Shown here piece by piece: positions 28,580 to 35,808 of a stretch of DNA of 42,557 nucleotides (the stretch's first letter is position 1; every line of letters begins with the position of its first letter). A model generated the notes under the pieces. That model worked only from the letters and a program-made list of their open reading frames with translations. It had not been told where the DNA came from and searched no databases. The stretch comes from Acidobacteriota bacterium (lineage in GTDB: Bacteria; Acidobacteriota; Thermoanaerobaculia; Multivoradales; J023), in contig JBCCGX010000001.1 of assembly GCA_039029035.1 (NCBI GenBank), positions 1 through 42,557 on the forward strand. Direction: 5' to 3'. The position numbers and the translations under genes are program-made.

Positions 28580-30738
28580 TGCGGGTCGGCATCCACCTGC
28601 AGTCGTTGCGGCCGGGGGAGATCGGCGGCTTGGAAGACTACGTGCGCCAGCTCTTGATGGCGGTGGCGCGGCTCGAGCCTGAAATCACCTTCGTCCTTTT
28701 CGCTGCCGAATACAACCTGGCGACCTTCGCCGACGATCCTCGGCTCGAGAAGCACCTGCTCTCGGCCGAAGACTTCGCCGCTCTCGACGCAGAGCGCTTG
28801 GCGGCGTATGGACTCGACTTGTGGTTTTGCCCCCTTTTGGTGCTCGAACCACCCGATCCCGGCCTGCCGACCGTCGTCACGATGCCGGATCTGCAGCACG
28901 AAGTCTTTCCTCAGTTCTTTTCCGAGCAGATTCTGGAGTGGCGTCGGCACAACTACCGACTGACGGTCGAGAAGGCGGATCGCATCCTGACTTTTTCAAA
29001 CGACTCGAAGCAGCAGATCGTCACGTCTCTCGGGGCGGATCCCGAACGGGTGGTGGTGACCTACCTCGACGCGGCTGCGGAGTTCGAGTCGGCCGCCGAG
29101 CCGGACCAGGGTCAGCGCGGGGCGCTGCGCGCACGCTACCGGGATCGGCTGCCGGAGGCTGTTCGCCTTGCCGGTGACTACCTCTTTTACCCGGGGGCCG
29201 CGTGGCCGCACAAGAACCATCGCCTACTCTTCGAAGCCCTGGTGCGCCTCTCGAGCGAGCACGGGATCGAGCCCCACCTGGTGCTCACCGGGGCACAGGT
29301 CGAGGGCGCGGCAGATCTCGAGCAGTCTTGCCGCGACCTCGGGCTGGACGATAGGGTGCACTTTCTGGGCTATGTGCCGCGGGAGGATATGCCGCTTCTC
29401 TACGCTGGGAGTTTGGCAACGGTCTTCCCGTCGCTGTTCGAAGGCTTCGGCATTCCGGTGGTCGAAGCGATGCGCGCCGGCAGCCCGGTGATCTGCTCCT
29501 CCGCCGCGAGCCTGCCGGAAGTCGGCGGCCAAGCGGCGCTCTACTTCGATCCCCAGCAGGTCGACGAGCTGGTCGACCGATTGCGTCAGGTCTGGACCAC
29601 ACTGCAGATCGAGAGCCCGAGGGGCAGGGCAGCGCGGGAAGAGCTGCAGGCGGCCGGATTCCAGCAGGCCCAGCAGTTTTCCTGGCAGCAGACCGCGGCG
29701 ACGACCCTCGAGGTGTTTCGGGCCGTCGGCGCCTCCCATAGAAACCCACCGGAGACCGACTCGTCGGCTGATGCATCGACGGCCGCGGCCGAGGCTTTGC
29801 CCGCCGCCTCCCAGCAACCCTTGATCACGGTGGTTACGCCATCTTTCAATCAGCAGGCGTTCATCGAGCGGACGGTGCGCAGTGTGCTCGACAACGGTTA
29901 CCCCTCGGTTGAGCATTGGGTCGTCGATGGCGATTCCACCGACGGTACAGTGGCAACGCTCGAACAGCTTCGGCAGACGTTTCCCGACCGTCTACATTTC
30001 GTCTCCGAGCCCGACCGGGGCCAGGCCCACGCGGTCAACAAGGGCTTTGACCGCGCCAGCGGAGAGATCGTCGGCTGGCTCAATTCAGACGACACCTACG
30101 AGCCGGGCTGCCTGCAGGCGGTGGCTGCCTTCTTTGCCCAACATCCCGAGTGCGACGCGGTCTATGGCCGGGCGCATTATGTCGACGAGAACGACCAGTT
30201 GCTCGGGGTCTATCCCACCCGGACCGAGTTCGATTGGCAGACCCTGGCCCATGAGTGTTTTATCTGCCAGCCAACGGTCTTCCTGCGCCGTCGACTGCTC
30301 GACCGTGGGCTGCGCCTCGACGACAGCCTTCAAATGTGCATGGACTACGACTTCTGGATCCGCCTGGGCCGCGACCATCAGGTGCGGTTTCTCGACCAGG
30401 TCCTGGCCAGCTCTCGCATGTACGAGGACAACAAGACCCTGGCGCGGCGTTCGGAGGTCTACCGCGAAGTCTTCCTCACGGTGAAGCGGCACTATGGTCG
30501 TTTGCCTTTCTCCTGGGCCCTCGGCCGAGCCCATCATGTTTGGGATCATGGTGATCCCTTCTTCAACATTCGCCGCCTGACGTGGGTGACCTACCTCATC
30601 GCGCTCTTCTTTCTGTTGCGCCATAACTGGTCGAATCCGCGCGACTGGCGCAACTTGGCGCGTGAAGTGTGGGTACCGCTGCGCGCCAAGCTGCAAAAGC
30701 GTTGGCGAGCGCTGTCGACGCGTGACTCCACCACCTGA
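28579..30738 (+). CDS. Bifunctional glycosyltransferase: N-terminal GT4 (GT-B) domain fused to a C-terminal GT2 (GT-A) domain
   Basis: The GT4 E-x7-E block is EGFGIPVVEAMRAGSPVICS. After an Ala/Ser-rich linker the GT2 blocks are ITVVTPSFNQ, VVDGDSTDGT, DRGQAHAVNKG and WLNSDDTY. Confidence 0.85.
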   Translation: MRVGIHLQSLRPGEIGGLEDYVRQLLMAVARLEPEITFVLFAAEYNLATFADDPRLEKHLLSAEDFAALDAERLAAYGLDLWFCPLLVLEPPDPGLPTVVTMPDLQHEVFPQFFSEQILEWRRHNYRLTVEKADRILTFSNDSKQQIVTSLGADPERVVVTYLDAAAEFESAAEPDQGQRGALRARYRDRLPEAVRLAGDYLFYPGAAWPHKNHRLLFEALVRLSSEHGIEPHLVLTGAQVEGAADLEQSCRDLGLDDRVHFLGYVPREDMPLLYAGSLATVFPSLFEGFGIPVVEAMRAGSPVICSSAASLPEVGGQAALYFDPQQVDELVDRLRQVWTTLQIESPRGRAAREELQAAGFQQAQQFSWQQTAATTLEVFRAVGASHRNPPETDSSADASTAAAEALPAASQQPLITVVTPSFNQQAFIERTVRSVLDNGYPSVEHWVVDGDSTDGTVATLEQLRQTFPDRLHFVSEPDRGQAHAVNKGFDRASGEIVGWLNSDDTYEPGCLQAVAAFFAQHPECDAVYGRAHYVDENDQLLGVYPTRTEFDWQTLAHECFICQPTVFLRRRLLDRGLRLDDSLQMCMDYDFWIRLGRDHQVRFLDQVLASSRMYEDNKTLARRSEVYREVFLTVKRHYGRLPFSWALGRAHHVWDHGDPFFNIRRLTWVTYLIALFFLLRHNWSNPRDWRNLAREVWVPLRAKLQKRWRALSTRDSTT

Positions 30739-31867
30739 ATCACCCCCCCTGGTCTCGGTGGTGACGCCGTCCCTGAATCAGGGACGCTTCCTGCGCCATG
30801 CGATCGACAGCGTGCTGGCCCAGACCAGCGTCCCCGTCGAGCTGTTGGTGATGGACGGCGGATCGACCGATGAGACGCTCGACGTCCTCGCGACCTACGG
30901 CGATCGCATCCGTTGGGTCAGTGAGCCCGACGACGGCCAGTCCGATGCCATCAACAAGGGCTTTGCGCTGTGCCGGGGCGAGATCCTCGCCTGGCTCAAT
31001 GCCGACGATGTCTACCTGCCTGGCGCTATCGAGCGCGGTGTCGCCGAGCTCGAGCACCATCCCCGGGCCGACCTGGTCTACGGCCGCGGGGCAATTCTCG
31101 ACGCGGAGGGCCGTGAGACCGGGCCCTTTGCCGGCATCGAGCCGTTCAACCTTTGGCGCTTGCTCCACGGGCTCGACTACGTCCTGCAGCCCGCGACGTT
31201 CTTCCGCCGTGCCGCCTTCGAAGCCGTGGGCGAGCTCGATCGCGATCTGCACTACGCGATGGATTGGGATCTGTGGATCCGCCTCGCCGGCCACGGCGAG
31301 GTGCGCTTCATCGACCAGGTTCTCGCCGGCTCGCGCGAGTATGGCGACACCAAGACCGCCACCGGCGGCTGGCGACGGATCCGCGAGCTCGCTCGTCTGG
31401 TGCAACGCCACACCGGCCGGCGCTTCAGCCCCGGGGTCAAGCTGTATGCCCTGGACACCCTGCGACGGCAATGGGGGGCCGCGCTGCCGCCGTTGGCCGG
31501 TGCGGTCGACTCGGCCGTCGCCTTCGCCTCGCGGCGGATCATGCAGGCCACACCGGTCCACGCCGACGGTTGGCTCGGGCCACAGGCGGCCTTGGTCGTA
31601 CCGCGGCGGTGGGGGAGCTTTGCAGTAACCCTCGAAGCCCATCGCATACCGTCGAGCGGGCGCTTCGCTGTTCGGTTTGCGACCCGTCGAGGACCCCTGG
31701 GCACCTGGATCGTCGAACGCCCGGGTGCCGAGACGCTCCGCTTCGTGCTGCCGTCAGATCTCGCGGAGACCTTCGTTGACGTCCGGGTCGAAAGCGACTT
31801 CGCTTTCTCGACTCGCGAAGATCGTCGCCGGTTGGCGGTACGCTGCTCGGAGTTGCGACCGGCCTGA
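30722..31867 (+). CDS. GT2 family glycosyltransferase (paralogous to the GT2 half of the preceding gene)
   Basis: VSVVTPSLNQ, VMDGGSTDET, DDGQSDAINKG and WLNADDVY. The start is uncertain: GTG at 30722 overlaps the upstream stop region, and the ORF track starts at GTG 30662. Confidence 0.8.
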   Translation: MTPPPESPPLVSVVTPSLNQGRFLRHAIDSVLAQTSVPVELLVMDGGSTDETLDVLATYGDRIRWVSEPDDGQSDAINKGFALCRGEILAWLNADDVYLPGAIERGVAELEHHPRADLVYGRGAILDAEGRETGPFAGIEPFNLWRLLHGLDYVLQPATFFRRAAFEAVGELDRDLHYAMDWDLWIRLAGHGEVRFIDQVLAGSREYGDTKTATGGWRRIRELARLVQRHTGRRFSPGVKLYALDTLRRQWGAALPPLAGAVDSAVAFASRRIMQATPVHADGWLGPQAALVVPRRWGSFAVTLEAHRIPSSGRFAVRFATRRGPLGTWIVERPGAETLRFVLPSDLAETFVDVRVESDFAFSTREDRRRLAVRCSELRPA

Positions 31868-32075
31868 GCTGGCTCCCGACTTCAGAACCCAAAGACCCAA
31901 ATCGCTGGCCGCTTGCCGCGTGTCTCCATGAGAGTCCGATAGGCGGGCTCGATCCCGGTCGCCAGCCACCGTACTGCAGCGTGGTTTCTTCGTGAAGCTG
32001 CGGCCGGGTGAGGTGTGTCAGGAGAGCTGACTCTTCTGATCTGTTGCCAAACTCTTCTTCCGGAGGCATTGACTC

Positions 32076-34994
32076 GTGGGAAAAATAGCTTGTTTACAGT
32101 CGTGGATCGATAGGGTACGTGGGCCCTTCGGCGTTCGCAGCCTTTCGTTTCTAGTCGGATTGTTGGTTGGTCTGGTCGGGATCCCGGCATTGGCCGACGC
32201 TGAGGACGGCGGCTTGGCGGAGCGCCAGCTCCTGGTGCGGCTGGCGCCCGAACCGGCGGCGCCGTCGCCCGAGGTTTTGATCGAAAGCGCACGGGCGAGG
32301 CAGCCTCTCACCGGCGCCTTGGCGACCGGTGAGCCTTTGGCGGTCGACTTTCTCTTGAAGCAGCGGGCGTCGGGCTCGATGCGTGCCGAGTTGGCGGTCG
32401 AGCCCGAGCGGCCGCGGGCGCGTCTCCACCGCTGGATCGTGCTCACGTACCCCGCCGCCGCCGATCTGGCGCAGATCGAGCGAGCGCTATGGACGGATCC
32501 GGGGATCGAGGCGGTGCAGCGCAACCTCCGCGGCACCTTCTCCTCGGTGACGCCGGACGACCCGCTGTTCTCGTCGCAGTGGGGGAGCGGGTCGTTGGAT
32601 CTACCGGAAGCCTGGGAGCGCACCAAGGGGCATGGCTTCGTCGGCCTCATCGATACCGGTCTCGATGTCGATCACCCCGACTTGGCGATGACCTTCGACA
32701 GCCTGGAGTTCAAAGGTGGCAATTTCAGGCCCCATCTATCGAAGGATTTCGCCCATCCCACGACCTGCGCCACCAACCCGGGCTGCGTCGACGAGGACGA
32801 ACCCGGCGATCCGACCGCATTCAGTGGTAAAGGCCATGGCACCCATGTCAGCGGCATCGTGGGCGCTACCGCCGACAACGCCACCGGCGTGGCCGGCAAT
32901 TGCTGGAACTGCAGCCTGATGATGGCTCGTTCCACGATCACCACAGCCCAGGTTGCCGATGCGCTGCGTTGGCTCGCCGATCATGGTGCTCAGACGGTCA
33001 GCATGAGCTTCGGCTGGCCGACCGTCCAGCCCGCCATTGCCGACGCGATCGACGATGTCAACGAGCGTGATCTGATCGTCGTCGCGGCGGTCGGCAACGA
33101 CCTCGAAGACATCGAGTTTCCGGCCTTCGACGACGCCGTGATCGCCGCCGGTGGCACGGAGGAGCCCATTCCCCCGGCGACCGTCGAGTTCTGGCAGCGC
33201 GACGTCTGTCCTTCGGCGCAAGGGCCTCTACTGCTGTGCGACGGCACCACCTTCACCTATTCCGGGACGACGGAATGCGGTTCCAACTACACCGTGACGC
33301 CCGGCAGCTCGATGATCGAGCTGGTGGCGCCGGCGGCCGAGGTTCTGTCCACCTTCTACCTCGGCGGATGCTGGAACCGCGGGCTCGGTTGCCACGACGA
33401 CGACCATCCGGACGACGGCTACGACTACTGCACCGGCACGTCGATGTCGTCGCCGAGCATCGCCTCGGTCGCCACGCTGGTGCGGTCGGTGAACCCCCTG
33501 CTCTCCCAGGCCGATGTGCGCAGCATCCTGCAAGCGACCGCCAGCGGCGGCGGCATGTGGGATCCGCAGCTCGGCTACGGCGTGCCGAACACCCCGGCGG
33601 CGGTGGACGAGATCCTTGGTAGAGCTGCCGGGCAGACCCTGGCCAATCGCCTGACACCGCTGTTCGTCCTCTACAGCTCACTGACCGAAGCCCACCTCGA
33701 GACCACCGTGCCACAGCGTGCCTCGGCGGCGATCGTGGCGGGCGACCAATACGATGCGGACTCCAGCCTGGCGCCGGCGATCGGCGGCTACGCCGAATAC
33801 CCCGGCCTACCTTGCATCATCGGCCCTTGCTTCCGGACGCCGGTGGCCTGGGTGTATCTCTTCAGCACCGATCGTGAGCCCTTCCCGGGCTCGCCGGATC
33901 TGACGCCGCTCTATCGGCTGAGCCGCGAGCAAGCGCTGCCGGGTAATCCCGACAACCAGAGCTTTGCCTATGCGGCCGATACGGTCGAAGTGAAACAGCT
34001 CACCGACCTCGGCTTTCAGCTCGACGGCATCGAAGGCTACCTCTACGAACCCTGCACGCCGGAGCCGAGCTGCGTGCCGGCAGGCGCTACCCGCCTGTAT
34101 CGGATGGAGCACACCATCCGCGACGACTATGTGGTGGTGCCCCTCTCCAAAGTCGGAGACTTCCAGACCCAAGGCTACGGCTTCCCGGTCGGCTTCGACG
34201 ACTGGATCGGTTACGTCTACGAGAACCTCGACGCCGACGGCGATTTCCTGATCGATGGCTTCGAGGCTCTGATCGGCACCGATGGGGCCGATTTCGACAG
34301 TGACGACGATGGCCTCAGCGACGGCCAGGAGATCTTGCAGTACCCCTACAGCGATCCTCTGGATACCGTGGCCGGCTGCAACCAGGTCTTCGCCGATAGC
34401 TTCGACAGCGGCGATTTCTCGAATTGGGACAGCACGACCGTACTCGGCAACGCCAGCTTGGCGGTCACCTCGTCGTCGGCGATGGAGGGGCCCTTCGGCA
34501 TGCAGGTTGGCGTCCAGGGTGTTGGTGATCGGGCCTTTGCGCGCGATCAGTCGCCAGCCGGCGAGTCGATCTATCGGGCTCGCTTTCTCTTCCGCTTCGA
34601 CACCAAGATGAACAACGGTGGCCTGCACCGCATCCTGGCCTTGCAGGACGCCAGTCCGGCGGCCAACGTAGTGCTGGTGCGCATGCGTAAGAGTGCCGGG
34701 CAGTTCCAGCTGAGAGCGGATACACGGCTCAACGACGGCAGCTGGAGCACCACGCCTTGGGTGACGGTGGCGGAGAAGACCCCGATCGAGATCGAGGTCC
34801 TCTGGCGTCGAGGTAACATCCTGGGGCCAGCCGGAAGTCTCGACTTCACGGTCGACGGGTTGACCCACACCATCCCACTTTTGGATAACTGGTCGTACGC
34901 GATCGACCGGGCCTTCCTCGGTCTGGTCAACGGTGTCGATGCGGGGACCGACGGGACCTATGACTTCGATGCCTTTGAATCCTGTCGCGACTGA
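32076..34994 (+). CDS. Secreted subtilisin-like serine protease (peptidase S8) with a long C-terminal extension
   Basis: Catalytic triad blocks GLIDTGLDVDHPDL (Asp), GHGTHVSGIVGA (His) and GTSMSSPSIASVATLV (Ser). Signal peptide FLVGLLVGLVGIPALADA. Ca-binding-type DADGD...DSDDDGLSDGQE. The ~200-aa tail begins VFADSFDSGDFSNW. The start codon is uncertain. Confidence 0.85.
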   Translation: MGKIACLQSWIDRVRGPFGVRSLSFLVGLLVGLVGIPALADAEDGGLAERQLLVRLAPEPAAPSPEVLIESARARQPLTGALATGEPLAVDFLLKQRASGSMRAELAVEPERPRARLHRWIVLTYPAAADLAQIERALWTDPGIEAVQRNLRGTFSSVTPDDPLFSSQWGSGSLDLPEAWERTKGHGFVGLIDTGLDVDHPDLAMTFDSLEFKGGNFRPHLSKDFAHPTTCATNPGCVDEDEPGDPTAFSGKGHGTHVSGIVGATADNATGVAGNCWNCSLMMARSTITTAQVADALRWLADHGAQTVSMSFGWPTVQPAIADAIDDVNERDLIVVAAVGNDLEDIEFPAFDDAVIAAGGTEEPIPPATVEFWQRDVCPSAQGPLLLCDGTTFTYSGTTECGSNYTVTPGSSMIELVAPAAEVLSTFYLGGCWNRGLGCHDDDHPDDGYDYCTGTSMSSPSIASVATLVRSVNPLLSQADVRSILQATASGGGMWDPQLGYGVPNTPAAVDEILGRAAGQTLANRLTPLFVLYSSLTEAHLETTVPQRASAAIVAGDQYDADSSLAPAIGGYAEYPGLPCIIGPCFRTPVAWVYLFSTDREPFPGSPDLTPLYRLSREQALPGNPDNQSFAYAADTVEVKQLTDLGFQLDGIEGYLYEPCTPEPSCVPAGATRLYRMEHTIRDDYVVVPLSKVGDFQTQGYGFPVGFDDWIGYVYENLDADGDFLIDGFEALIGTDGADFDSDDDGLSDGQEILQYPYSDPLDTVAGCNQVFADSFDSGDFSNWDSTTVLGNASLAVTSSSAMEGPFGMQVGVQGVGDRAFARDQSPAGESIYRARFLFRFDTKMNNGGLHRILALQDASPAANVVLVRMRKSAGQFQLRADTRLNDGSWSTTPWVTVAEKTPIEIEVLWRRGNILGPAGSLDFTVDGLTHTIPLLDNWSYAIDRAFLGLVNGVDAGTDGTYDFDAFESCRD

Positions 34995-35019
34995 TTCTTC
35001 GGTCGGATAGGGGCGACTC

Positions 35020-35048
35020 ACGGCCGGCTGTCTCGGGCAGCCGGCCGT
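35020..35048. terminator. Bidirectional intrinsic-terminator-like hairpin between convergent genes
   Basis: An 11-bp perfect stem acggccggctg / cagccggccgt with a 7-nt loop, lying between the stops at 34994 (+) and 35069 (-). Confidence 0.55.
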
Positions 35049-35068
35049 CGGTCGTCTCGGGCGGCGAC

Positions 35069-35389
35069 TTAGCTCGCCGAGACCGCGGTGCCGCTGACGC
35101 TGACCATCAGCATGCCGCCGGACTGGCCGACGGTTTCGTAGTCGATGTCGATGCCGACAATCGCATTGGCGCCGAGATCGGAAGCCTTTTGCTCCATCTC
35201 CTGGAAGGCGATCGAGCGGGCCTTTTGTAGCTCGCGCTCATAGGCCGCTGAGCGGCCGCCGACGATGTCGCGGATGCCGGCGAAGAAGTCTTTGAAGATA
35301 TTGGCGCCGAGAATTGCCTCGCCGGTGACCACCCCGTGGTAGCGGGTGATGGTCTGGCCGTCGATCTGGGGTGTCGTCGTCTGAATCAT
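35069..35389 (-). CDS. ybjQ: YbjQ/UPF0145 family protein
   Basis: 106 aa from [11 protein letters not shown]. Family blocks are [25 protein letters not shown] and [12 protein letters not shown]. The SD aaggag lies 9 nt upstream of the ATG at 35389. The longer ORF to 35794 looks non-coding. Confidence 0.8.
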   Translation of the reverse strand: MIQTTTPQIDGQTITRYHGVVTGEAILGANIFKDFFAGIRDIVGGRSAAYERELQKARSIAFQEMEQKASDLGANAIVGIDIDYETVGQSGGMLMVSVSGTAVSAS

Positions 35390-35808
35390 GGCTCGGGGCT
35401 CCTTGAAGGTCAGGGGAGTGTATTGCTCGACGGAGCTACGCTTCGCCTGGGTGGGATATTCATCGTCTTCAGGCTGCGGGATCCGTTGCCTCGGGGCCGG
35501 TCGGGCCTGCGGGCTGCGCTGCCGCTCCGGAAACTCGCCGGGCCTGTTGCGATTTGCACAAAGCGCGGTGGCTTGAGGACTTCGAGTGACCCGACTTTGT
35601 CCCAGCTCGGACACGCTCGCGGCGTGCTCGCTCCGCAGGCCCGACCTCTCCTCGTACGTCTCCGCCGGCTGGGAGCGATGTTGGCAGTATCTGGTTACAG
35701 AATCTCTGGCGGTGTAGGATAAGTCTTGCCCATTGCCCAATGTGCCGTTGTCCTGGATCCGGTCGTCGCCGGACGACCCGTCCTGCATTCCCAACCGAGA
35801 GGTCCGTC

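Noticed and set aside
30662-30721. Upstream GTG start at 30662 for the second GT2 gene (77-nt overlap with the preceding gene).
   Set aside because: The extra residues (MKCGYRCAPSCKSVGERCRR) look like out-of-frame translation of the upstream gene's 3' end. GT2 homologues begin just before the VSVVTPSLNQ block, so GTG at 30722 is preferred, though this remains uncertain.
35390-35794. N-terminal extension of the ybjQ ORF to 241 aa.
   Set aside because: YbjQ-family proteins are about 105 aa. A strong SD (aaggag) precedes the internal ATG at 35389, and the extension is low-complexity with no hydrophobic or structured character.
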